From: Melioribacteraceae bacterium
GTDB lineage: Bacteria; Bacteroidota; Ignavibacteria; Ignavibacteriales; Melioribacteraceae
Direction: 5' to 3'
DNA: 32,000 bases
Assembly (NCBI GenBank): GCA_963667875.2
Contig: CAXXGC010000008.1
Span: 188,191 to 220,190 of the forward strand
Shown here: piece after piece, positions 1-8,343 of the stretch
Position numbering within the stretch: the first letter of the stretch is position 1
How the letters are laid out: each line of letters opens with the position of its first letter
Notes under the pieces: model-generated
What the model saw: only the letters and a program-made list of their open reading frames with translations
The model's database searches: none
What the model was told of the DNA's origin: nothing
Made by a program: the position numbers and the translations under genes

Positions 1-291
1 TTTCTTGAACATAGAGAAAAAAACGGTCTCTTTAATATTGGCACTGGAAATTCAAGAACCTGGAATGATTTAGTAACTGCTATTTTTAACGCCCTAAACT
101 TGCCGGTTAATATTGAATATATAGATATGCCGGAATATTTAAAAGGGAAATATCAGTATTTTACAAAAGCTGATAATACTAAAATAAAAAACATCGGTTA
201 CGATAAACCAACGAGCAGTTTGGAAGAAGGTGTTACAGATTACGTAAAAAACTTCCTTGTTAAAGATAAATATTTGGGACTTTGTAAATAA
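1..291 (+). CDS. hldD: ADP-L-glycero-D-manno-heptose 6-epimerase, C-terminal fragment (5' end outside window)
   Basis: Frame 1 is open from base 1. The translation FLEHREKNGLFNIGTGNSRTWNDLV...IEYIDMPEYLKGKYQYFTKADNTKIKNIGYDKP...EGVTDYV matches by eye the C-terminal part of E. coli HldD/RfaD ([42 protein letters not shown]). The stop codon is at 289-291. Confidence 0.8.
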   Translation, partial: FLEHREKNGLFNIGTGNSRTWNDLVTAIFNALNLPVNIEYIDMPEYLKGKYQYFTKADNTKIKNIGYDKPTSSLEEGVTDYVKNFLVKDKYLGLCK

Positions 292-749
292 TGAAGCTTG
301 CAACCCTGTGTTATGTTATGCACGACAATAAAACTTTGATGATTCACAGAATTAAAAAGCAAAACGATTTTCATGAAGGAAAATGGAACGGCCTTGGCGG
401 AAAACTTGAAATTGGTGAAACGCCCGAAGAATGTGTAATAAGGGAAATTGAAGAAGAATCGGGTTTATTGTTAAAAAATCCTAAGATGCACGGGTTTATT
501 ACTTTTCCGTTGTTTGACGGAAAGGATGATTGGTATGTTTTTTTATTTACTGCTAAAGAATTTACAGGCGAGTTAATCGACTCGCCTGAAGGCAGGCTTG
601 AATGGATAAATGACGATAAACTTTTTGACCTTAACTTATGGGAAGGTGATAGAATTTTTATTGAGTGGTTGTTCCAGGATAAATTTTTTAGTGCTAAATT
701 TAACTACAATAACGGCAAATTTGTAGATTATACTGTTAATTTTTATTGA
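291..749 (+). CDS. Nudix hydrolase (MutT-like pyrophosphohydrolase; substrate unknown)
   Basis: 152-aa ORF with a clear Nudix box, GGKLEIGETPEECVIREIEEESGL (GX5EX7REUXEEXGU pattern). Its ATG overlaps the hldD stop codon (TAATG at 289-293). Confidence 0.85.
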   Translation: MKLATLCYVMHDNKTLMIHRIKKQNDFHEGKWNGLGGKLEIGETPEECVIREIEEESGLLLKNPKMHGFITFPLFDGKDDWYVFLFTAKEFTGELIDSPEGRLEWINDDKLFDLNLWEGDRIFIEWLFQDKFFSAKFNYNNGKFVDYTVNFY

Positions 750-1644
750 TTTTTGCCTTATATTTCCCTTCCAGCTGCTGAAAAAGAATTCCCCCTATAA
801 TTAATACCAATCCAATAATTGAAGATAATAAAATTTTCTCTTTTAATATTAAACTGATAAATAACATAGAGATAAATGGCGATAAATAGGCCAAAGTTGA
901 GGTTTTAGCTTTATTTTTGCTTAATTGAAGCCCTTTCATCCACAAAAAGAATGTTATTCCCATTTCGAATAAACCTATATATAAGGCTCCAAAAAGATAA
1001 TTATAATTATTAAGATGAAATGAATCGAACAAAATAATATAAATTGCTGTTATAATTGTTCCAAAATAAAAACCGCCAAATAATTTAATTGAATTATCTC
1101 TTTGATCTAACATACTTAACGTCCAAAAAGCCGCCCAAATAACAGAACTGCCTACCGCCAATAAAACCCCAAAAGGATCTTTAAAGTGAATTGGGAAAAC
1201 TACTCCCCTGCAGGCAATTACATAAACTCCAATAAAAGCTACCAATAACCCTATAATAGTTTTTATTGATATTTTTTGTTTAAGAAAAATTACAGAAAAT
1301 ATTGAAATTGTTATTGGCCATGTATAATTTAATGGCTGCGCTTCCTGTGCGGGTAATATTGAATAAGCTTTAAATAAAACCAAATAATAAAAAAACGGGT
1401 TTAACAAACCTAATATTATATTTTTGGTAAAATAACCGGCCGAAAATTGTTTTTTAATTATGTTCTTTTTTGTACTCATTGCAATAATAAAAAGTACAAC
1501 AGTACTAAAAAAAGAAGAGTAAAATAACAACTGAATAAAATTCATCCCTTCGAGTGTTAATTTAAACGCGGTTGCAACAGTTGACCACAATAATACTGCC
1601 GAAAGAGAATATATAACCGATTTTGTTTGCGGGGATGTTGTCAT
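736..1644 (-). CDS. EamA/DMT-family permease
   Basis: 302-aa, very hydrophobic ORF with about ten helix-length hydrophobic segments arranged as two similar halves, as in drug/metabolite transporter (EamA) proteins. The family call rests on overall pattern only. Confidence 0.7.
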   Translation of the reverse strand: MTTSPQTKSVIYSLSAVLLWSTVATAFKLTLEGMNFIQLLFYSSFFSTVVLFIIAMSTKKNIIKKQFSAGYFTKNIILGLLNPFFYYLVLFKAYSILPAQEAQPLNYTWPITISIFSVIFLKQKISIKTIIGLLVAFIGVYVIACRGVVFPIHFKDPFGVLLAVGSSVIWAAFWTLSMLDQRDNSIKLFGGFYFGTIITAIYIILFDSFHLNNYNYLFGALYIGLFEMGITFFLWMKGLQLSKNKAKTSTLAYLSPFISMLFISLILKEKILLSSIIGLVLIIGGILFQQLEGKYKAKINKN

Positions 1645-1684
1645 AAGTTTATTATTTTACATTATTTGTTAATAATTTTACAAA

Positions 1685-2947
1685 TTAACAGTTATCAATA
1701 ATTTTGGCAAGATTTAAGGCAATACTTTTTCTATCATGAATAAATATTTCATTATTATTTGGTATAAACGAATCTGCTATTTCAAAAAAATCTTCCGCAT
1801 AACTGTCAAACGAATAATATTTTCCCAAATTTGCTTTAGTAATCAGTTCGTTTACTTCATTATTTTTTTCGCCAAAAATAATAATAGGTTTTTGTGCCCG
1901 CATATATTCAAATAATTTTCCCGGCACATGACGTTCTTCGTGTGTACAAGCCAATAAATAATCAGCCGAACATATTTCCTTTATTACATCACTGTACGAT
2001 AAAAAACCCAAAAATATACAATGGTTTTCTAAACCGTTATTTATAATATCCTTTTTAATATTTGGGGCAATTGACCCTATAAATTTAAGTTTAAGATTAA
2101 CACCGCTGTCTATTCGTTTTTTTATCGTTTTCCAAAAGTTAACAGGATTTTGATATTCGTACATATTACCGGCGTGCAGCAATATTTTTTCGTCCTTTGT
2201 TTTTTTATCAGTTTCCTGTAAAAATTCAAAATCCTCTTCGTTGTAACCCCAATAAAGCTGGTTTGCTTTTGATTTTACAAAATTATATTTATCAATAAAA
2301 TATTGCCGCATACTTTTTGTAACAAAAATTGCCTGTTTTGCCTGTTTTAATGTTTTCTTTTCTAAATAATTATCTAATAAAACAGCAAAATAATTACGTT
2401 TTTGGTTTTTGTACGATGCGATGTCAACCCACGGGTCTATTAAAATGGGTATTAATGGAATATTAAACATTTTGCTTAATTTAACACCTATTAAATGCAC
2501 ACTATGCGGAGGGCCGTTTGTAATTATTACATCAACTTTATTTTTTTTAATAAATTCCGCTCCGGCTTTTACTCCGTATTTGTACCAGCCAATACGCGCA
2601 TCTGGAATAAACAAGTTCATTCGTATCCATAACGATATCTTATGCTTTAAACCTCCTTCGGTAGTTGACATAACTTCCGAGGCAAATAAGGCGGTATCTT
2701 TTCCTTTGCCTAAAAATTTTTTATAAAAAACAAACGGATCAAAAAAATCTGTTTTTATAACCTGTAAACCATCAGGAATACATTTGTTAAATGTATCATC
2801 TTTTGCCGAAAAGGAATCTTCTTTTACCGTTAAAACTGTTGATTTATATCCCTTTAAATCAAGATATTGTATCATTTTAAGAGGAAAATGTAAGGATGCT
2901 TTTCCCGATGGAGGCCAATAAAAAGAGATAAATAGTATTTTTTTCAT
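1685..2947 (-). CDS. GT-B fold glycosyltransferase (family 4-like)
   Basis: 420-aa ORF. The N-terminus (MKKILFISFYWPPSG) and the C-terminal HVPGKLFEYMRAQKPII region resemble the acceptor and donor halves of GT4-type glycosyltransferases. Specificity is unknown. Confidence 0.7.
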   Translation of the reverse strand: MKKILFISFYWPPSGKASLHFPLKMIQYLDLKGYKSTVLTVKEDSFSAKDDTFNKCIPDGLQVIKTDFFDPFVFYKKFLGKGKDTALFASEVMSTTEGGLKHKISLWIRMNLFIPDARIGWYKYGVKAGAEFIKKNKVDVIITNGPPHSVHLIGVKLSKMFNIPLIPILIDPWVDIASYKNQKRNYFAVLLDNYLEKKTLKQAKQAIFVTKSMRQYFIDKYNFVKSKANQLYWGYNEEDFEFLQETDKKTKDEKILLHAGNMYEYQNPVNFWKTIKKRIDSGVNLKLKFIGSIAPNIKKDIINNGLENHCIFLGFLSYSDVIKEICSADYLLACTHEERHVPGKLFEYMRAQKPIIIFGEKNNEVNELITKANLGKYYSFDSYAEDFFEIADSFIPNNNEIFIHDRKSIALNLAKIIDNC

Positions 2948-3153
2948 TTTCTAAATATTTATTAATTACATCACAATTTAATAGTTTTTAAAATAATTAC
3001 CCAAAATTTAATAATAATATTTTAATAAACTTTATTTGGAACTGTTTTCCATAAAATATGTACTAATTATAAAAGATATAAAGATGTGCTTTGCATCACA
3101 TTTTATATTAAATAAATTACTTAAGTTGCATTAAAATTATAGGGGAGCTATGA

Positions 3154-3417
3154 ATGAATGAAGTACTAAAAACAGTTGATGTTAAGCCTAAATTTGATAA
3201 TAAATTCAAATTTAAGTTATTTGTGTTAGAACCAATTATCGCATCAATTATAGGTTTTTTATTATTTGTAACTGTTATTTTTCTGGTAAAACTTTTAAGT
3301 TATGGTTTGGGGTTTCAAAGCACCATTTATTTTGATAATTACGATTTATGTCTTTCCAGTCTGGGATTAGTTTTAGCTTTTTTTATTCGTTTGATTGATA
3401 ATTTTAAAAAAGTTTAA
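3154..3417 (+). CDS. Hypothetical small membrane protein
   Basis: 87-aa ORF with two hydrophobic helices and a GGGGAG motif a few nt upstream of the ATG. No recognisable family. Its 3' end overlaps the prfA 3' end by 4 nt. Confidence 0.3.
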   Translation: MNEVLKTVDVKPKFDNKFKFKLFVLEPIIASIIGFLLFVTVIFLVKLLSYGLGFQSTIYFDNYDLCLSSLGLVLAFFIRLIDNFKKV

Positions 3418-4502
3418 TTACTGAAATCATCTACTTCTGCATTAAGTTTTTCTGTTTTATCTGCTATTTTTAACTTTTCAACTAATTCGAAAAGTTCACC
3501 TTGAATTATGTTGGATAAATTGTACAACGTTAACCCAATTCTGTGGTCTGTTACACGGTTTTGCGGGAAATTATAAGTACGTATTTTATCACTTCTATCA
3601 CCGCTTTTAACCATTGTACGTCTTTGAGCACTTATGGTATCGGTTTGTTCTTGCTGTTTTAAATCGAACAAACGGGCTTTAAGTACTTTTAAAGCTTTTT
3701 GACGGTTTTTCAGCTGTGACCTTTCATCCTGGCATTGAACAACCAAACCGGTTGGAAGGTGTGTAATTCTAATTGCTGTTTCAACTTTATTTACGTTCTG
3801 TCCGCCTGCGCCGCCGCTTCGGTAAACGTCAATACGCAAATCACCCGGATCAATATCAACCTGTACATCTTCTACTTCAAGTAATATTGCAACAGAGGCT
3901 GCGGAAGTATGAACCCGTCCGTTTGCTTCGGTTGACGGAACACGCTGCACACGATGAACACCGCTTTCATATTTCATATCGGCATATACACCGGTACCGG
4001 AAAGGTTAAACACAACTTCTTTTAATCCGCCCATTCCCGATTCGCTTACATCTATAACTTCCTGTTTCCAGCCTTTAAGTTCGGCAAAACGACTGTACAT
4101 ACGGTATAAATCACCGGCAAAAATTCCGGCTTCATCACCGCCTGTTCCGGCGCGTATTTCTACAATTGCGTTTTTATCATCGTTGGGGTCTTTTGGAATT
4201 AAAAGAAGTTTAATTTCTTCTTCCATTTCTTTTTCCCTGACCTTTAATTCCTTTAATTCCTCATCTGCCATTGCAGTAAGTTCAGCATCTTCATTACTTT
4301 TTATAATGTCTTCATTATCTTGTATTTGTATAATCAATTTTTCATAAATATCCAAAGCGTTTACAACATCCACAAGTTCGGAACGTTGTTTGCTTAATTT
4401 TACATACTTAACCTGATCTTTTATTATATCTGAGTCGCTTAACTGTTCGTTTATCTTGGAGTACTTGTCTTTTATTTCACGTAATTTTTCTAAAATGTCC
4501 AT
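3414..4502 (-). CDS. prfA: Peptide chain release factor 1
   Basis: 362 aa. It has the universal GGQ motif (SGGAGGQNVNKVETAIRITHLPTG) and the RF1-type PxT tripeptide (RVPSTE) rather than the RF2 SPF. Length and N-terminal helical domain are typical. Confidence 0.95.
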   Translation of the reverse strand: MDILEKLREIKDKYSKINEQLSDSDIIKDQVKYVKLSKQRSELVDVVNALDIYEKLIIQIQDNEDIIKSNEDAELTAMADEELKELKVREKEMEEEIKLLLIPKDPNDDKNAIVEIRAGTGGDEAGIFAGDLYRMYSRFAELKGWKQEVIDVSESGMGGLKEVVFNLSGTGVYADMKYESGVHRVQRVPSTEANGRVHTSAASVAILLEVEDVQVDIDPGDLRIDVYRSGGAGGQNVNKVETAIRITHLPTGLVVQCQDERSQLKNRQKALKVLKARLFDLKQQEQTDTISAQRRTMVKSGDRSDKIRTYNFPQNRVTDHRIGLTLYNLSNIIQGELFELVEKLKIADKTEKLNAEVDDFSN

Positions 4503-4975
4503 TAACCGTTTCCGCTATTTTTTTAATGTGCAAATATACGGAATTTTTATATTTTTTGTAATACTAAAATATGGCGCAACAAATCGGCTTCTGTTTTATC
4601 TGCCGCAAAACAATTTTATGTATGTATACCGGATTAATTTATTTAACAAAACTGTCACAAATTTTTTATTTAATACACCCCGTTTAAATATAATCTTTGT
4701 TATTTATTAAAATTACTTTATTTTAAAATGGGGTTAAACTTATAATTTAGTTTTGCCTTTATTGTACTTTAAATATTTTGGGAATCTATTTAATAGTATT
4801 GAGGATATATGTGTGTTGCGGCAAGGCGGGAGAATAAAAAAAATTTTAACTATTTTAACCTTACACAATTTGTTTGGCAAAATCCAAACATCTATTTACT
4901 TTATATTTTTGCCTTTTCGCCTTTTTTTACAACCCTGACCTTTTATAAAAAACCAATTAATAATGGAGTTTTTTA

Positions 4976-5395
4976 ATGCCCTACGATATATTTATTAGTT
5001 ATGCGCGTGCAGATAATAAGAACGGCAGAGTTACCGAATTAAAAGAACAAATTGAAGCCGAATACCAAGCTTTGACCGGTGAAAAGTTAAATTGTTTTTT
5101 TGATACCGAAGATATAAAGGGTATGGATTATTGGGAACATAATATATTAAAAGCTCTTAAAGATTCTCATTTATTTTTGGTATTACTTACACCAAATTAT
5201 TTTAAAAGCGATTATTGTAATTTGGAGATAAACGATTATTTACGCCATGAATACTCTAAGGGTGTTTTGGGTGATGGCATAACACCGATATGTTTTGTTG
5301 AAATACCTGATTTAGACAAACCTGATTTTTTAGAAAACAACCCCAATTGGTTAAAAAAAATTAATAAACGCCAAAGGTTTGATTTGTCACTTTGG
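4976..5395 (+). other. TIR domain of paralog 1 (putative catalytic Glu84 at 5225-5227)
   Basis: The DIFISYARAD beta-A motif and the SDYCNLE motif, with the Glu in the position of the NADase catalytic glutamate of characterised TIR enzymes. Domain boundaries are approximate. Confidence 0.75.
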
Positions 5396-7885
5396 TTTAA
5401 AGATGGTGTTAGTTCTTTACAGGATAATAACATTAAAACAAGTTTAAATGAATTAGTTAAATCTATTTTTTTACGAATTACCCGAATGAAAAACACTAAA
5501 ATTACCGATGGTAATTTACGTCCGCCTACTGCAAATTTTGTAGGCCGTAATGACGAACTGCATAATATACATAATTCAATAGACGCCGGTAAATTTGGGA
5601 TTATTACGGCAGTGCATGGTGTTGGCGGGTTAGGTAAAACTGAAACAGCCATTAAATACGCTTATGCTTATGCCGATTATTTTAGCGGCGGCAGATGGCA
5701 GATAAACTGTACCAACGAAACAGATATAAACACAGCATTAAAAAAGCTTGAATTGGACCTTAAGTTATCTTTTACCGAAGAAGAAAAAAAGGATGAACTG
5801 CAAGGAGCTAAAAGGATATTAAACGGATTAGAGGAACGGGCAAATAAAGGTATAAATAATAATAACGGGAAAAAACCGGCTGCCCTTTTAATACTTGATG
5901 ACGTTAATTTTCCGGAACTAATACAGTCGCCCGGAATAGAATTATTTACAGGTAAAGAATGGTTAAAGGTTTTAGCCACAACCCGCAAAGGTGAAAAAGA
6001 ATTTGGATTACCTGAACATAAACATAATTTTATACCAATTGATATTTTACCTGATGATGATGCCCTTGAGTTAATAGAAAGTTATTTGCCAACTAAAAAA
6101 TTTAGAAACAAAGAAGAAAAAGAAACCGCTAAAAAAATTGTAAAAGCATTGGCTGGTTTTACACTTGCCGTTGAAATTGCGGCTGTTTTTTTAGGTGAAA
6201 ACTACAGATTAAATTCTTTTAATGAATTTTATGATAAGTTAATACAAAACGGGACTGCAATTGGTATTGACCTTGCGGGAGAACAGACAACTACCACAAC
6301 AAACCATATTAAACGTGTTTCCGCCACTTTAGCTTTAACTTTGGATACACTTACAAAAGAGGAAATATTAATACTTAATTATGCTTCATTGCTTCCGTAT
6401 AATTTAATACCTGTCCCGTGGTTAAAAGAACTTGTAACAAAAAAATACCCCGAATTAAAAAACCAAACAAAAACCGAGTTTTTAGATCCTTGGCTAATAA
6501 AAATTAACCGGTTAATAAGTTTACGTTTATTGCAAGTGGTTGAATTAGAGGACGATACCCCGCGTATTGTACGTATGCACCAGTTAATACAGGGAGTGAT
6601 ACAAAACCGATGTAATAATACAGAAGATTTATTAAACGATTTATTTAATCATGGCCTTGTTCGTTCCGAATACCTTGAAACCAATTGGTACAAAAAAAGC
6701 GAACAATGGGAGATAAACCCGCTTGTAAATTTTACGGAATTGCTTTTGGATAAATCGTATATAGATGCACCCCAATTAGTACTTTCTTATGGTCCATGGT
6801 TGGATAATATTTATTCAAATTATGCATATAAAACAATTCTTTTAAAAGCAATTAAACTATTACAAAATAAAGATAGTTATAAACAAACCGACCTTGCAAC
6901 TTTATTCTCCAACCTTGCAATAATCGAAAGCTATTTGGGGAATCTTAAAGAAGCTAAAGAGTATTTGCTTAAAGCTGTTAAAATAAAAGAACAGAATTAT
7001 GAGCCTAACCATCATTCATTTGCAATAAGTTATTCCAACCTTGCAATAATCGAAAGATATTTGGGGAATCTTAAAGAAGCTAAAGAGTATTTGCTTAAAG
7101 CTATTAAAATTGATGAATCTAATTTTGAGCCTAACCATCCAAATCTGGCTATTCTTTATTCCAACTTTGCTACTGTTGAATGGGCTTTGGGGCATTTAAT
7201 TGGTGCTAAAGAGTATTTGCTTAAAGCTATTAAAATATATAAATCAAATTATGATCCTAACCATCCACAATTGGCTGTTCTTTATTCCAACATTGCAATG
7301 GTTGAAATGGATTTAGGGAACTTAAAAGATGCTAAAAATTATTTGTTTAAAGCTGTTAAAATTGATGAACTTAATTTTGAGCCTAACCATCCAAAGCTGG
7401 CATGTGATTATTCCAACCTGGCACTTGTTGAACGGGCTTTGTGGAATTTAACCGATGCAAAAAATTATTTACTTAACGCTGTTAAAATAGATGAACTTAA
7501 TTTTGAACCTAACCATCCAAATCTGGCAAGTGATTATTCCAACCTGGCACTTGTTGAACAGAATTTGGGGAATTTAATAGATGCTAAAAATTATTTGCTT
7601 AAAGCTGTTAAAATAGATGAACTTAATTTTGAACCTAACCATCCTAATTTGGCTACTCTGTATTCCAACCTTGCACTTGTTGAAAAGGATTTAGGGAATA
7701 TAAAAGAGGCCGAAAAATTATTCCGAGAAGCACTAAAGATAAGAGAAATATCACTCCCCAAGGGGCATCCAGAAACCAAATACAGTTACTTGTTTCTTAT
7801 ATATTTATTAAACCAAACAGGTAGGGAAAAAGAAGCAGACGAATTACGGTTAAAAGCGAAAGAACATGGATTTGACAATTTATAA
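4976..7885 (+). CDS. TIR domain / NB-ARC-type STAND NTPase / TPR-repeat protein (Avs- or TIR-NLR-like), paralog 1
   Basis: 969-aa ORF with GGAG 8 nt upstream of the ATG. The N-terminus MPYDIFISYARADN...SDYCNLE is a bacterial TIR signature. The NB-ARC motif set is present: FVGR, P-loop GVGGLGKT, Walker B LLILDDV, KVLATTR, GFTLAVEIAA (the GLPLA position) and RMHQL (the MHD position). The C-terminus carries 7-8 tandem 42-aa TPR units. Confidence 0.9.
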   Translation: MPYDIFISYARADNKNGRVTELKEQIEAEYQALTGEKLNCFFDTEDIKGMDYWEHNILKALKDSHLFLVLLTPNYFKSDYCNLEINDYLRHEYSKGVLGDGITPICFVEIPDLDKPDFLENNPNWLKKINKRQRFDLSLWFKDGVSSLQDNNIKTSLNELVKSIFLRITRMKNTKITDGNLRPPTANFVGRNDELHNIHNSIDAGKFGIITAVHGVGGLGKTETAIKYAYAYADYFSGGRWQINCTNETDINTALKKLELDLKLSFTEEEKKDELQGAKRILNGLEERANKGINNNNGKKPAALLILDDVNFPELIQSPGIELFTGKEWLKVLATTRKGEKEFGLPEHKHNFIPIDILPDDDALELIESYLPTKKFRNKEEKETAKKIVKALAGFTLAVEIAAVFLGENYRLNSFNEFYDKLIQNGTAIGIDLAGEQTTTTTNHIKRVSATLALTLDTLTKEEILILNYASLLPYNLIPVPWLKELVTKKYPELKNQTKTEFLDPWLIKINRLISLRLLQVVELEDDTPRIVRMHQLIQGVIQNRCNNTEDLLNDLFNHGLVRSEYLETNWYKKSEQWEINPLVNFTELLLDKSYIDAPQLVLSYGPWLDNIYSNYAYKTILLKAIKLLQNKDSYKQTDLATLFSNLAIIESYLGNLKEAKEYLLKAVKIKEQNYEPNHHSFAISYSNLAIIERYLGNLKEAKEYLLKAIKIDESNFEPNHPNLAILYSNFATVEWALGHLIGAKEYLLKAIKIYKSNYDPNHPQLAVLYSNIAMVEMDLGNLKDAKNYLFKAVKIDELNFEPNHPKLACDYSNLALVERALWNLTDAKNYLLNAVKIDELNFEPNHPNLASDYSNLALVEQNLGNLIDAKNYLLKAVKIDELNFEPNHPNLATLYSNLALVEKDLGNIKEAEKLFREALKIREISLPKGHPETKYSYLFLIYLLNQTGREKEADELRLKAKEHGFDNL
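5537..6600 (+). other. NB-ARC-like STAND NTPase module of paralog 1
   Basis: Walker A GVGGLGKT at 5618-5641, Walker B Asp-Asp at 5897-5902, a TTR motif, GFTLAV, and MHQ at 6575-6583. Boundaries are approximate. Confidence 0.75.
6881..7762 (+). repeat. Coding tandem array, 7 full units of 126 bp (42-aa TPR units), then a degenerate eighth unit
   Basis: The consensus unit is NHPxLAxxYSNLAxVExxLGNLxxAKxYLLKAxKIDExNFEP. Units 1 and 2 share 75 of 77 nt (6908-6984 versus 7034-7110). Confidence 0.9.
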
Positions 7886-7923
7886 ATTTGTTTTAGAAAC
7901 AAAAGAATATTAAAGGGAAATTT

Positions 7924-8343
7924 ATGCCATACGATATATTTATAAGTTATGCACGTGCAGACAATGCCGATGGTAGAGTTACCGAACTAAAAAAACAAAT
8001 TGAAACCGATTATTTTGCTTTTGCAAAAGAAGAGTTAAAATGTTTTTTTGATACTAAAGATATAAAATGCATGGATGATTGGGAACATAATATATTAAAA
8101 GCTCTTAAACAATCTCATTTGTTATTGGTTATTCTTTCACCCGGTTATTTAAAAAGTGAATATTGCAATTGGGAAATAACTGAATACTTAAAATATGAAT
8201 ATTCCCGTGCCGTACAAGGTGATGGTGTTGCCCAAATATATTTTGTTGAAATACCGGACTTAGATAAACCCGGATTTTTTGAAAAAAAAGTTGAATGGAT
8301 TAATAAAGTAAAATTCCGCCAAAGGATTGATTTAAGACCATGG
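7924..8343 (+). other. TIR domain of paralog 2 (putative catalytic Glu84 at 8173-8175)
   Basis: DIFISYARAD and SEYCNWE motifs. By eye, well over half of the residues are identical to the paralog 1 TIR. Boundaries are approximate. Confidence 0.75.

Noticed and set aside
2409-2726. Other embedded or antisense track ORFs: 2409-2726, 3773-4009, 17087-17269, 19668-19880, 20429-20620, 21011-21208, 21514-21723, 22933-23205, 23072-23296, 24898-25203, 27068-27322, 29103-29294, 29779-29976 and 30379-30669.
   Set aside because: Each lies within or antisense to a longer ORF that has clear family motifs. None shows recognisable motifs or its own RBS.
4456-4938. Track ORFs 4456-4710 and 4753-4938 in the leader upstream of the TIR gene.
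   Set aside because: Their Phe/Ile/Asn/Leu-rich translations are typical of random AT-rich DNA. There is no RBS, and one overlaps the prfA 5' end. They are treated as non-coding.
5236-5988. Antisense ORFs inside paralog 1 (5236-5652 and 5677-5988, and likewise 7591-7779). They resemble the antisense ORFs inside paralog 2 (8628-9005, 10809-11000).
   Set aside because: They lie entirely within strongly supported sense-strand genes. Their translations are Ser/Phe/Leu-rich and low in complexity. Their mutual similarity is simply the mirror image of the paralogy of the sense genes.
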